The notes under the pieces are model-generated. The model saw nothing but the letters and a program-made list of their open reading frames with translations, did no database searches and was not told where the DNA came from. The position numbers and the translations under genes were made by a program. 64,000 bases of DNA, from the NCBI GenBank assembly GCA_963767005.1, contig CAVYCN010000002.1, positions 416,001-480,000 of the forward strand, read 5' to 3'. Source of the DNA: an uncultured Actinomycetes bacterium. Its GTDB lineage: Bacteria > Actinomycetota > Thermoleophilia > UBA2241. Positions 26,587 to 36,036 of this stretch are shown here, one piece after another (the stretch's first letter is position 1; the number at the start of each line of letters is the position of its first letter).

Positions 26587-27144
26587 TCAGACCTCGAGGA
26601 TCTCGGCCTCTTTGTGCTTCAGGAGCTCGTCGATCTCGTGTGTGCTCTTGTCGGTGAGCTGCTGGAGCTGCTCCTCGGCGCGGCGCTCGGCGTCCTCGCC
26701 GACCAGGCCGTCGTTCTTGAACTCCTTAAGGTCCCTCATGGCGTCGCGCCGGATGTTGCGCACCGCCACGCGACCGTCTTCGGCGAGCCGATGGACGAGC
26801 TTGACGAGGTCGTGCCGTCGCTCCTCGGTGAGCGCTGGGATCGGCAGCCTGATGACGGTCCCGTCGTTGCTCGGATTGAGCCCGAGATCGGACTCCATGA
26901 TGGCCTTCTCGACCGCCTTCATGGACGACCTGTCGTAGGGCGTGATGGTGATGAGGCGCGGCTCGGGGGCCGCGACCGTAGCCATCTGCTTGAGGGGCGT
27001 CGAGACGCCGTAGTAGTCGACGTGGATGCGGTCGAGCAGCGCGGTCGAGGCCCGTCCGCTGCGCACCGTGTTGAACTCGGTGCGGGTGGCCGCCACGGCC
27101 TTGGCCATGCGCTGGGTCGCGTCGTCGAGCAACTCCTTTTCCAC
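26587..27144 (-). CDS. frr: Ribosome recycling factor
   Basis: RSGRAS, VDYYG, LGLNPSNDG, LTEERR, AVRNIRRD. Confidence 0.97.
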   Translation of the reverse strand: MEKELLDDATQRMAKAVAATRTEFNTVRSGRASTALLDRIHVDYYGVSTPLKQMATVAAPEPRLITITPYDRSSMKAVEKAIMESDLGLNPSNDGTVIRLPIPALTEERRHDLVKLVHRLAEDGRVAVRNIRRDAMRDLKEFKNDGLVGEDAERRAEEQLQQLTDKSTHEIDELLKHKEAEILEV

Positions 27145-27168
27145 CTCAGAGCCCTCCTTGCCTGTCGG

Positions 27169-27939
27169 TCATCGTGGGCTTACCACTGCTGGCGAGCTCA
27201 CGATCGTGCCGACCCGCTCGCCGGCGAGCACGCGCTCGATGTTCTCGCCGGTCATGCGGAACACGAGGATCGGCACGCGATTGTCCATGCAGAGCGACAG
27301 CGCCGTCGTGTCCATCACCCTGAGGCCCCGCTCGATCGCCTCGAGATGGGTGATCTCGGCGATGAAGCGAGCGTCCGGCACCTTGTCGGGATCGGCGTCG
27401 TAGACGCCGTCGTACTCGCGCTTGGCCATGAGGATGGCCTCGGCGCCGAGCTCGAGCGCCCGCAGGGCGGCCGCCGAGTCGGTCGAGAAGTACGGGTTGC
27501 CCGTGCCGGCCGCGCAGATCACCACACGGCCCTTCTCGATGTGACGCAAGGCGCGCCGCCTGATGTAGGGCTCGCACACGGCCTTGATCTCGATGGCGCT
27601 CATCACGCGCGTGTCGACACCCTCCTTCTCGAGGGCGTCCTGCAGCGCGAGCGCGTTCTGCACCGTGGCGATCATGCCGATGTAGTCGGCCGTCGCCCTG
27701 TCGAACCCGCGCGCCGCCGCCGCCACGCCGCGGAAGATGTTGCCGCCGCCCACGACGACGGCGAGCTCCACGCCGCGCTCGCGGACGCGTCGCACGTGGC
27801 GCGCCATCTCGTGCGTGCGCTCGGGGTCGATCGACTGGGCGCCGCCGCCCAGCGCCTGCCCGCTCAGCTTGAGCAGGACACGGTGGAACGGACCGCGCCC
27901 GGCCGTGCTCCCCCCGTCGCCCGGCTCACTCTCCCCCAT
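27169..27939 (-). CDS. pyrH: UMP kinase
   Basis: RVLLKLSG, VVGGGNIFRG, ADYIGMIAT, GTGNPYFSTD, VMDTTA. Confidence 0.97.
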   Translation of the reverse strand: MGESEPGDGGSTAGRGPFHRVLLKLSGQALGGGAQSIDPERTHEMARHVRRVRERGVELAVVVGGGNIFRGVAAAARGFDRATADYIGMIATVQNALALQDALEKEGVDTRVMSAIEIKAVCEPYIRRRALRHIEKGRVVICAAGTGNPYFSTDSAAALRALELGAEAILMAKREYDGVYDADPDKVPDARFIAEITHLEAIERGLRVMDTTALSLCMDNRVPILVFRMTGENIERVLAGERVGTIVSSPAVVSPR

Positions 27940-27947
27940 GTCGACCC

Positions 27948-28550
27948 CTAGCCCTCGGCGGTCTCGCCGAGCTGGAAGCGCACGAAGCGCCGCACGTCGA
28001 TGTTCTCGCCGATCACGCCGATGAGGTCGGTGCGCAGCTGCTCGATCGTGCGGTCGGGATCCTTCACGAAGGGCTGCTCCATGAGGCAGACCTCCTGAAA
28101 GAACTTGTTGAGCTTGCCCTCGAGCATCTTCTCGACGACCTTGTCGGGCTTGCCCTTGGCCTGCTCGCGATAGATGGCCTTCTCGCGCTCGACCACGTCG
28201 GCCGGCACCTCGTCGCGCCTGACCCACAGCGGGCTCGACGCGGCGACCTGCATGGCGAGATCGTGCGTGAACTCCTTGAACGGCTCGCTGCGGGCGACGA
28301 AGTCGGTCTCGACGCCGACCTCGACCAGCACGCCGATCTTGCCGCCCGCGTGGACGTACGAGTCGATGGTGCCCTCACGTGTCGTGCGCGCCGACTTCTT
28401 CTGGGCCGCGGCGAGGCCCTTCTTGCGGAGCTCGTCGATCGCCTTGTCCATGTCGCCGGCGGTCGCGGCCAGCGCCTTCTTGCAGTCCATCATGCCGGCG
28501 CCGCTCTTGTCGCGAAGCTCCTTGACCATGCTCGCGGTGATGTCAGTCAC
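27948..28550 (-). CDS. tsf: Elongation factor Ts (short form)
   Basis: VKELRDKSGAGMMDCKKAL, ETDFVA, RRFVRFQLGE. Confidence 0.97.
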   Translation of the reverse strand: MTDITASMVKELRDKSGAGMMDCKKALAATAGDMDKAIDELRKKGLAAAQKKSARTTREGTIDSYVHAGGKIGVLVEVGVETDFVARSEPFKEFTHDLAMQVAASSPLWVRRDEVPADVVEREKAIYREQAKGKPDKVVEKMLEGKLNKFFQEVCLMEQPFVKDPDRTIEQLRTDLIGVIGENIDVRRFVRFQLGETAEG

Positions 28551-29752
28551 TACGCCTCACTCTCTTCACTTGTGCCTTCGGGCACGCCCTTCGTGTCGGC
28601 AGCCGGCGCCGCGGCCTCGGTCTTCGTGCTCTTGCGCGCGGCCGGCTTGCGTGTGGGCGCCTCGGCCTCGGCCCGCTTTGCCGGTGTGTCGGCAGCCTTC
28701 GCCGGTGCCTCGGCGGGCTTCGGCGATGCGTCGACGGGCTTGGCCTCGGCTTCGGCAGCCTTCGCCGGTGTCTCGGCGGGCTTCGCCGGCGCGACCGTCG
28801 GCTTCGCGCCGGGATGCGCCGGCTTTGCCGCAACGTCGGCGACCTTCGCCGCAGCGTGCGTGGGCTTGGCCGGGGTCTTGGCCGCGACCTCGGCAGCCTC
28901 GACCGCGGCCGGCGCAGCGGGTTTCGGGGCGGCGGCGCGCTCGTCGGCCGCCTGGGCGTCCGCCAGAGCCTCGGCCTCGGCGGCGACGGCTCGGGCTAGC
29001 TCAGCCTCGGCCTCGGCGGCGGCCTGCGCGGCGGCGCGCTCCTCGGCGGCCTTGAACTCGGCCAGCGCGACCTGCGCACGGCCTTCGGCGACCGCGCGGG
29101 CCATGGCCTTGACGATCACAGAGCACGAGCGGATGGCGTCGTCGTTGCCAGGGATGACGTAGTCGACCTCGTCGGGGTCGCAGTTGGTGTCGACGAGCGC
29201 GACGATCGGGATGCCCAGCTTGCGGGCCTCCTTGACGACGATCGCCTCTTTGCGTGGATCGATCACGAACACGGCGCTCGGCAGGCTGTCCATGCCGGCC
29301 ACGCCGCCGAGGTTGGTCTCGAGCTTGGCGAGCTCGCCGCGCAGCTTCATCTGATCGCGCGTCGGCAGGACGTCGATCGAGCCCTCGGCGACGAGCTGGC
29401 GCAGCTCGTGCAGGCGCTTGATGCGCTTTGAGAGTGTGACGTAGTTGGTCAGCAGACCGCCCAGCCAGCGGGTCGCCACGTAGGGCTGGCCCGCGGCCTC
29501 GGCCTCTTCCTTGATGGACTCCTGGCACTGTTTCTTGGTGCCCACGAAGAGCACGCTACCGCCGCGCCCGGCAACGTTGCGCAGGAACGCGTAGGCCTCG
29601 TCGATCAGGACGGTCGTCTTCTGCAGGTCGATGATGTAGATGCCGCCGCGCTCGGTGAAGATGTAGCTGCGCATCTTGGGGTTCCAGCGGCGGGTCTGGT
29701 GGCCGAAGTGGACGCCGTTCTGCAGCAGGTCCTTCATGCTGACTGTAGGCAC
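28550..29752 (-). CDS. rpsB: 30S ribosomal protein S2 with long Ala/Pro/Lys/Glu-rich C-terminal tail
   Basis: [43 protein letters not shown]. Confidence 0.97.
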   Translation of the reverse strand: MPTVSMKDLLQNGVHFGHQTRRWNPKMRSYIFTERGGIYIIDLQKTTVLIDEAYAFLRNVAGRGGSVLFVGTKKQCQESIKEEAEAAGQPYVATRWLGGLLTNYVTLSKRIKRLHELRQLVAEGSIDVLPTRDQMKLRGELAKLETNLGGVAGMDSLPSAVFVIDPRKEAIVVKEARKLGIPIVALVDTNCDPDEVDYVIPGNDDAIRSCSVIVKAMARAVAEGRAQVALAEFKAAEERAAAQAAAEAEAELARAVAAEAEALADAQAADERAAAPKPAAPAAVEAAEVAAKTPAKPTHAAAKVADVAAKPAHPGAKPTVAPAKPAETPAKAAEAEAKPVDASPKPAEAPAKAADTPAKRAEAEAPTRKPAARKSTKTEAAAPAADTKGVPEGTSEESEA

Positions 29753-29895
29753 AGGTGCCTCCTCGAGGGTCGGTTACGCGATCTCGGTCCGCCGACGGAA
29801 GGAGGCGTGGACCCCGCGTGCGGGGCACCGCCACGCGCCCGTGACCCGTCGGGTCGTGGGTGTGCAGGGACGAAGCAGCGATAGATGGTACCACA
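29753..29895 (-). promoter_or_regulatory. rpsB extended -10 promoter and structured 5' leader (possible S2 autoregulatory site)
   Basis: TGTGGTACCAT at 29895-29885, followed by about 125 nt of GC-rich leader with hairpins such as ACCCGACGGGT. Function inferred from rpsB leaders in other bacteria. Confidence 0.45.
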
Positions 29896-29994
29896 AACGG
29901 GGGCGGGCGTACGCACAAGCAGCAGACCGCGCACGCTCCGACCAGGAGCCGCCGCCGGCGGGCCCGGTGACGGACCGTCGGGAGCGCCGTGGCG

Positions 29995-30813
29995 TCAGCC
30001 GATGACAGCCGGCTCGATCTCGTCGCGCAGGCGGCCCTTGAGGCGCAGGATCGCCTTGGTATGCAGCTGCGAGACTCGCGACTCGGTGACGCCGAGGACC
30101 TCGCCGATCTCGCGCAGTGTCAGGTTCTCGTAGTAGTAGAGTGCGATCACGATCTTCTCACGCGGCGGCAGGGCGTCGATCGCGGCCGCGAGCCGGCTCT
30201 TCATCTCGGACAGGTCGAGCATGCGCGAGGGGTCGCGGCTCTTGGGGTCTTCGATCGTGTCGATCAGCGACGCGGTGTCGCCGTCGGAGCCCGAGATCGC
30301 CCAGAGCTCGTCGAGCGCGACGAGCGACGTGTTGGCGATCTGCGAGAGCGAGTGGTGGAACTCGGGCAGCGAGACGCCGAGCTCGGCCGCGATCTCGTCG
30401 TCGGTGGGCGCCCGCTGGAGCTGGTTCTCGAGCTTGGCGCAGACCCGCTCGATCTCGCGCGCCTTGCTGCGCACGGAGCGAGGCACCCAGTCGAGCGAGC
30501 GCAACTCGTCGATGATCGAACCCTTGATGCGCGAGATGGCGTAGGTCTCGAACTTGATCTCGCGATGCGGGTCGAAGCGCTCGAGCGCGCCGATCAGGCC
30601 CAGCAGGCCGTAGCTGATGAGGTCGGATTCTTCGATGTGGGCCGGCAGGCCGCTGCCCATGCGGCCGGCCACGTACTTGACGAGCGGCGCGTAGGCCAGG
30701 ATCAGGCGGTCGCGCGCTTGCTGGTCGCCCTCTTCCTTGAACCGGCGCCAGAGATCGTTGATCCTGCTCTCGTCGAGGCGACCCATCGTCGCGACCTTAC
30801 CCACCGCCGTCAC
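29995..30813 (-). CDS. whiG: RNA polymerase sigma factor, FliA/WhiG (sigma28) family
   Basis: RDRLILAYAPLVKYVAGR, DLISYGLLGL, KFETYA, DELRSLDWVPRSVR, LTLREIGEVLGVTESRVSQLH. Confidence 0.93.
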   Translation of the reverse strand: MTAVGKVATMGRLDESRINDLWRRFKEEGDQQARDRLILAYAPLVKYVAGRMGSGLPAHIEESDLISYGLLGLIGALERFDPHREIKFETYAISRIKGSIIDELRSLDWVPRSVRSKAREIERVCAKLENQLQRAPTDDEIAAELGVSLPEFHHSLSQIANTSLVALDELWAISGSDGDTASLIDTIEDPKSRDPSRMLDLSEMKSRLAAAIDALPPREKIVIALYYYENLTLREIGEVLGVTESRVSQLHTKAILRLKGRLRDEIEPAVIG

Positions 30814-30982
30814 CGGGTACCCGCTGCCCGCGTCGCCACCGGGGGCGACGACGCTCTCATGCTACCACCACTGCAGGTCGTGCCGTAGTACCGGGGCTCG
30901 GCGCGTCGCGCCGGGGACGCCGCCGCTGCCTGGTCGAGGCGCCCGCCCGGGGCGGCGCCCGCCGCGCTGAAGGACGCGGTGC

Positions 30983-31912
30983 TCACGCCCGGGGGTGGTG
31001 CCGGCGATGGACGGCTTTGAGGTGCGCGCCGCTCACCGCCGTGTAGATCTGCGTGGTCGACACCGAGCTGTGCCCGAGCAGCTCCTGGATCGCGCGCAGG
31101 TCGGCGCCGTGCTCGAGCATGTGCGTGGCGTAGGCGTGGCGGAACATGTGCGGCGAGGCCGTGAGGCCGGCCGCGCCGGCGTACTTGGCCACGATCCGGC
31201 GCACGTCGGAGGTGCGCAGCGCCCGTCCGCTGCGCGTGAGCAGCAGGGCGCCGTCGGGCGATGCTGCCGCGGCGCCGCGCCGTTCGAGAGCGCCCTTGCC
31301 CGCCGTGAGGTAGCGCTCGAGTGCCTCGGCCGCTTCGTCGCCGAGCGGCACGACGCGGCTGCGGCCGCCCTTGCCGCGCACCAGGAGCTCGCCCTGCACG
31401 GCGCGGACGTCGCCGGGCCGCAGGTCGACGAGCTCCTGGCTGCGCAGGCCGCAGCCGTACAGCAGCTCGAACAGCAGGCGGTCGCGCAGGGCGAGCGCGT
31501 CGCCGCCGGTCACGGCGTCGCAGATGGCGTCGACCTCGGCCGGCCGCAGGGAATGCGGCAGTCGCCGCCGGCGACGGGGTCCCGGCAGGTAACGCGCCGG
31601 ATCGGAGGGCAGCACGCCGCGTGCGGTGAGGAACCGGCACAGCGAGCGCAGGCTCGACAGCTTGCGGGCCAGCGTAGCCGGCGCGTAGCCGCGACGCCCG
31701 AGCTCGGCGGCGAAGGCGCGCACGGCGACGCGGTCGAGGCACTCGAGCGCCACGCCCCGCTCGCCCGCCCAGTCGTCGAGCTGGGCGAGGTCGGAGGCAT
31801 ACGAGCGTCGCGTCGCCGCCGAGGCGCCGCGTATCTGCAGGTCGCGCAGGAACTGTGCGATCAGCGTGTCGCCGCTCAGCGACGGTCTGTCTGTCGGTGC
31901 GGTCGTCGTCAT
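30983..31912 (-). CDS. xerC: Tyrosine recombinase XerC
   Basis: LLYGCGLRSQEL, GKGG, PHMFRHAYATH, QELLGH..VSTTQIY; next to dprA. Confidence 0.88.
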   Translation of the reverse strand: MTTTAPTDRPSLSGDTLIAQFLRDLQIRGASAATRRSYASDLAQLDDWAGERGVALECLDRVAVRAFAAELGRRGYAPATLARKLSSLRSLCRFLTARGVLPSDPARYLPGPRRRRRLPHSLRPAEVDAICDAVTGGDALALRDRLLFELLYGCGLRSQELVDLRPGDVRAVQGELLVRGKGGRSRVVPLGDEAAEALERYLTAGKGALERRGAAAASPDGALLLTRSGRALRTSDVRRIVAKYAGAAGLTASPHMFRHAYATHMLEHGADLRAIQELLGHSSVSTTQIYTAVSGAHLKAVHRRHHPRA

Positions 31913-32021
31913 CGTCGTGCGGGCGCGCCGCCGCCCACTCGGTGAGCCGGCGCATGTCGCCCACTCGGCAAGTTCGCCGCCGGCGTCGGGGCATCCTGCC
32001 CCCGATGTCGGGTGGGGCCGC

Positions 32022-33299
32022 TCACCGCGCCCCCGCGCAGCGCGGCCGGTGCCGCAGACGGTAGCGACCGGCCTGCGCCTCGAGCAGGCCTTCGAGCTCG
32101 AGTGCCGACAGTGCAGCGGCCACGGTCGGCTGGTCGAGCGAGAGAGCGAGCTCGAGCTGGTCGACCGTGTGCTGCCCGCGTCGCAGTGCGCCGAGCACAC
32201 GGCCGACCGGTCCGTCGGGGTCGATGCCCGGAGCTGAGGCGCACGGCCCGCCGTCTGCCCGCGTTTCTTCAGGCGACCCCCCACTGTGGCGACCCTGGTC
32301 GCCGCCCGCGGCCCGAGCACCGCCCCGCCGCCACGCCGCCGCGGGCAGCAGGGCGAGCACGTCGTCGGGGGACTCGCACAGATGGGCGCCGTCGCGCAGC
32401 AGTCGATGGGGCCCCGCCGACAGGGCCCGACCCGCCTCGCCCGGCACGGCGAGCACGTCGCGGCCGATGTCGAGGGCGTAGGCCGCGGTGTGCAGCGCAC
32501 CGCTTGTGTCGCGACCCTCGACCACGACCACGGCGTCGGCGAGAGCGGCGATCAGCCGATTCCGGGCCGGGAACCGCCACGGCGCCGGCGGCAAGGCCCA
32601 GCCGTACTCGGACAGCAGCACGCCGCGGCGCTCGATGTCGGTGAAGAGCGCCGCGTTGGTGCGCGGCACAGCGAGGCGCACGCCGGCGCCGAGCACACCG
32701 GCGAAGGCGACTGGGATTTCGTCGCGCCCGTCCGCCGCGCCCGCCCCGTGGCCGGGCGAGGCGGGCCGCACCGCTGCGGGAGCTCCCTCGAGCGCCCCGA
32801 CGTGGGCTTGGGCGTCGATGCCGAGTGCCATGCCGCTTACCACGTTGACGCCGGCGCGCGCCAGACCGGCCCCGAGCAGCCAGGCCATCTCGAGCCCGTA
32901 GGGCGACGGCCGGCGCGCGCCGACGACCGCCACGCTGGGCCGCTGGGCCAGCGCGCGCAGCGCCGTCCGCCAGTGCAGTCCGCGCACGTACAAGGCCGGC
33001 GGCGGGTCGAAGAGGTCGCGCAGGCCGGGTGGGTACTCGAGATCGGTCCAGGCGACCACCGCTTCGTGCCCCTCGGGTCGCGCGCCGCTGACCGTCCACG
33101 CCTCGGCGCCGTCGGCGGCCGCGGCGCCGCGCGCACCGTCGGCGAGGGCCGGCAGCGGGGCTGCGAGCGCCTCGGCGAAACCGCCGTGGGCCTTGACGAG
33201 GCGGGCGACGAGGCCGCGGTCGCGCGCCGCCCGTTCGGCGAGCCGAAGGCAGCGCTCGCGCCACGCAGACCCGCTCTGGACCGGGGAAGCGCCGCTCAT
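32022..33299 (-). CDS. dprA: DNA-processing protein DprA
   Basis: AVVGARRPSPYG, VSGMALGID, FPARNRLIAAL, VVEG..SGAL.TA; C-terminal winged helix. Confidence 0.93.
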   Translation of the reverse strand: MSGASPVQSGSAWRERCLRLAERAARDRGLVARLVKAHGGFAEALAAPLPALADGARGAAAADGAEAWTVSGARPEGHEAVVAWTDLEYPPGLRDLFDPPPALYVRGLHWRTALRALAQRPSVAVVGARRPSPYGLEMAWLLGAGLARAGVNVVSGMALGIDAQAHVGALEGAPAAVRPASPGHGAGAADGRDEIPVAFAGVLGAGVRLAVPRTNAALFTDIERRGVLLSEYGWALPPAPWRFPARNRLIAALADAVVVVEGRDTSGALHTAAYALDIGRDVLAVPGEAGRALSAGPHRLLRDGAHLCESPDDVLALLPAAAWRRGGARAAGGDQGRHSGGSPEETRADGGPCASAPGIDPDGPVGRVLGALRRGQHTVDQLELALSLDQPTVAAALSALELEGLLEAQAGRYRLRHRPRCAGAR

Positions 33300-34822
33300 C
33301 TGCCCTCTGTCGCGGCGTCGCGGTACGAGAGGCTCTCGAGGACGTGGCGCTCGGCCACGACGTCGGCTCCCTCGAGGTCGGCGATCGACTGGGCCACCTT
33401 GGCGATGCGGTCGCAGGCTCGAGCGCTCAGGCGGAACTTGTCGTAGGCGCGATCGAGCGCGGCGACGGCCGCAGGCTCGAGAGGGCACAGCTCGCGCAGG
33501 CCGCGCGCCGACAGATGGGCGTTCGCCGTGACGCCGGCGACCGCCAGCCGCCGACGCTGGCGCTCCCTGGCGAAGGACACACGCGCGCGCACCGACGCCG
33601 AGGGCTCGCCCGAGACCCGGCCGCGGCGTTCGCGTGGCGTGAGGCGTGGCACCTCGATACGGAGATCGATGCGGTCGAGCAGGGGGCCGCTCAGCCGCTG
33701 CCCGTAGGTGTCGAGCCGGTGAGCGGGGCAGGTGCACGCGTGGCTCCTGTCGCCGCGAAAGCCGCACGGGCATGGGTTCATCGCGGCCACCAGCATGATG
33801 CGCGCCGGGAAGGTGACCGATGTGAGCGCCCGCGAGATCGTCACGTCGCCGTCTTCAAGCGGTTGCCGCAATCCCTCGAGCGCGCTCAGGCGGAACTCGG
33901 GGAACTCGTCGAGGAAGAGCACGCCGAGGTGGGCCAGGCTCACCTCGCCGGGACGCGGCGTCGCGCCACCGCCGACCAGGCCGACGGCGGAGATGGTGTG
34001 GTGCGGCGCGCGGAACGGGCGGCGGACCACCAGCGCGACGCCCTCGGGCAGCAGCCCTGCCACGCTGTAGATACGGGTGACGTCGATCGCCTCGTCGACC
34101 GAGAGCGGCGGCATGATCGACGGCACGCGCCGAGCGAGCATGGTCTTGCCGGCGCCCGGCGGGCCGACCATGAGCAGGTTGTGCGCACCGGCGACGGCGA
34201 TCTCGAGGGCTCGCTTGACGCGCCCCTGGCCCAGCACGTCGGCCAGGTCGACGCCGCTGTCGGCGTCGGCGCGCAGGAGCTCGTCGGTGTCGGGGCGCTC
34301 GACCGCCGGACACGGACCGCCCGCCAGCAGCCCGGCGGCCTCGCCCAGCGTCGCGGCCGGCAGCACCTGCAGGCCACGCACGAGGGCGGCTTCACGGGCG
34401 TTGCCCGTCGGCACGAGCAGCGCCCGCAGGCCGCGCCGGCGGGCGCTCTGTGCGACGGCGAGCACCCCGGCCACCGGACGCACCGCGCCGTCGAGCCCGA
34501 GCTCGCCGATCGCGGCCGCTCCGGAGAGCGAGCAGCGCGCCTGGCCTGTCGCGCAGAGGAGTGCGAGGGCGATCGGCAGGTCGAACGCCGGACCCTCCTT
34601 GCGGACGTCGGCCGGCGCCAGGTTGACGGTGATGCGTCGAGATGGAAAGTCGTAGCCGGAGTTCACGATCGCGGTCCGCACGCGCTCGCGGCTCTCCTGC
34701 ACGGCGGCGTCGGGCAAGCCGACGATCGTGAAGGCCGGCGCCGCCGGCACGACGTCGGCTTCGACGCCGACAGGGTGGCTGTCGAGACCGGACAGCGCCT
34801 CGCTGTGCACACGGGCCAGCAC
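33296..34822 (-). CDS. comM: YifB/ComM Mg-chelatase-like AAA+ ATPase
   Basis: VGLPD, NLAPAD, GPPGAGKT, RAPHHT, LFLDEFPEF, AMNPCPCG. Confidence 0.95.
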   Translation of the reverse strand: MLARVHSEALSGLDSHPVGVEADVVPAAPAFTIVGLPDAAVQESRERVRTAIVNSGYDFPSRRITVNLAPADVRKEGPAFDLPIALALLCATGQARCSLSGAAAIGELGLDGAVRPVAGVLAVAQSARRRGLRALLVPTGNAREAALVRGLQVLPAATLGEAAGLLAGGPCPAVERPDTDELLRADADSGVDLADVLGQGRVKRALEIAVAGAHNLLMVGPPGAGKTMLARRVPSIMPPLSVDEAIDVTRIYSVAGLLPEGVALVVRRPFRAPHHTISAVGLVGGGATPRPGEVSLAHLGVLFLDEFPEFRLSALEGLRQPLEDGDVTISRALTSVTFPARIMLVAAMNPCPCGFRGDRSHACTCPAHRLDTYGQRLSGPLLDRIDLRIEVPRLTPRERRGRVSGEPSASVRARVSFARERQRRRLAVAGVTANAHLSARGLRELCPLEPAAVAALDRAYDKFRLSARACDRIAKVAQSIADLEGADVVAERHVLESLSYRDAATEGR

Positions 34823-34840
34823 CGGACCTCCCCCGCCTTT

Positions 34841-35218
34841 TCAGTCGCCCGCTTCGAAGGCGGCACGCAGGTGGCGCAGCTGCGGGCGTTGTCCGCCGGC
34901 CTCGACGGCGATGATGTCGAATCGCACGTCGGTGACACCGGCGAGCGCCCGCGGATGGCTGCCCAGCCACAGGGCGGCGAGACGCGCTATCTGCCTGCGC
35001 TTGCGCGGCGTGACGGCGTCTTCGGGGCTGCCACAGGTACGCGTGCGCCGCGCTTTGACCTCGATGAAGGCGAGGACCGGCCCGCGCCGCGCGATGATGT
35101 CGATCTCGCCGCGGCCGACCCGCTGGTTGACGGCGATGATGCGGTAGGCCTGGTGCTGCAGGAAGGATACGGCCAGGCGCTCGGCGGCGCGGCCGAAGTC
35201 GTGGGAGTCGGGCTGCAC
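34841..35218 (-). CDS. yraN: YraN (UPF0102) nuclease-like protein
   Basis: GEIDII, FIEVKAR, RFDIIAV; GTG after AAGGAGG. Confidence 0.92.
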   Translation of the reverse strand: MQPDSHDFGRAAERLAVSFLQHQAYRIIAVNQRVGRGEIDIIARRGPVLAFIEVKARRTRTCGSPEDAVTPRKRRQIARLAALWLGSHPRALAGVTDVRFDIIAVEAGGQRPQLRHLRAAFEAGD

Positions 35219-35343
35219 GTGGCCTCCTTCGCCCATCCGGCCAGGGCCGGACGGCAGACGGCGGGACGCCGCCGACGCTATCCCGCGGCGCTGAACCGAA
35301 GAAGGCGCGCGAAGGGCCGGCGCCGGTGACAACGCCGCTACGT

Positions 35344-36018
35344 CTACCGCAGCGGCGTCACCGGGTGCTCGAGCTGCTCGCTCTCCAGCTCGAGTCCGAG
35401 CTGCTCATACGCCACGCTGGCAAACGAGAGGCGGTGCAGGGCGCTCACGCCGTGCTCGAGGATCGCCTGCCGGTGATCAGGGCACGAGTAGCCGACGTGA
35501 TGGTCGAAGCCGTAAGCCGGGTAGTGCTCGTGCAGGGCGATCATGAGCCGGTCGCGGCTGACCTTGGCGACGATCGAGGCGGCGGCGACGGCCGCGGAAC
35601 GGCCGTCGCCGCCGACGAGAGCCTCGTGCTCGACGGTGCTCTCCCGCAGGGGGAACCCGTCGACGAACGTCGGTCCGCCCACCGGTCCCAGCAGGGCGAG
35701 CGCCCGGTCGAGTGCGAAGAGGTTGCAGCGGTGCAGGCCGCGCCCGTCGATCGACGCAGGCGAGCACGACACGACGGCGAGGCGTGCGGCGCGCACGACC
35801 ACCGCGGCGTAGACCACCTCGCGCGCGGCCCGGCTGAGCTTCTTCGAATCGTCGAGCGCGTCGAGCGCCGCGACATCGTCGTCGGTGAAGGACCGATACT
35901 CGAAGCAGACGGCGGCGGCCACGATCGGACCGGCGAGACAGCCGCGGCCGGCCTCGTCGGCGCCGGCCACGGGGCCGCCTGCGCCGCGCTCGAGGTCGAA
36001 GCAGAAGCGCGGGTTCAC
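35344..36018 (-). CDS. rnhB: Ribonuclease HII
   Basis: GADEAGRG, DDSKKL, VDG, AAASIVAKV.RD, HRLSF. Confidence 0.95.
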   Translation of the reverse strand: MNPRFCFDLERGAGGPVAGADEAGRGCLAGPIVAAAVCFEYRSFTDDDVAALDALDDSKKLSRAAREVVYAAVVVRAARLAVVSCSPASIDGRGLHRCNLFALDRALALLGPVGGPTFVDGFPLRESTVEHEALVGGDGRSAAVAAASIVAKVSRDRLMIALHEHYPAYGFDHHVGYSCPDHRQAILEHGVSALHRLSFASVAYEQLGLELESEQLEHPVTPLR

Positions 36019-36036
36019 GCCGATCCCCTGAGCGGC

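Noticed and set aside
27948-28550. 200-aa EF-Ts as a truncated pseudogene
   Set aside because: The short EF-Ts form is an established functional type and both termini are intact.
30983-31912. xerC and xerD as prophage or island integrases
   Set aside because: Both sit in standard chromosomal contexts (dprA; pyrG-deoB) with no att sites or phage genes.
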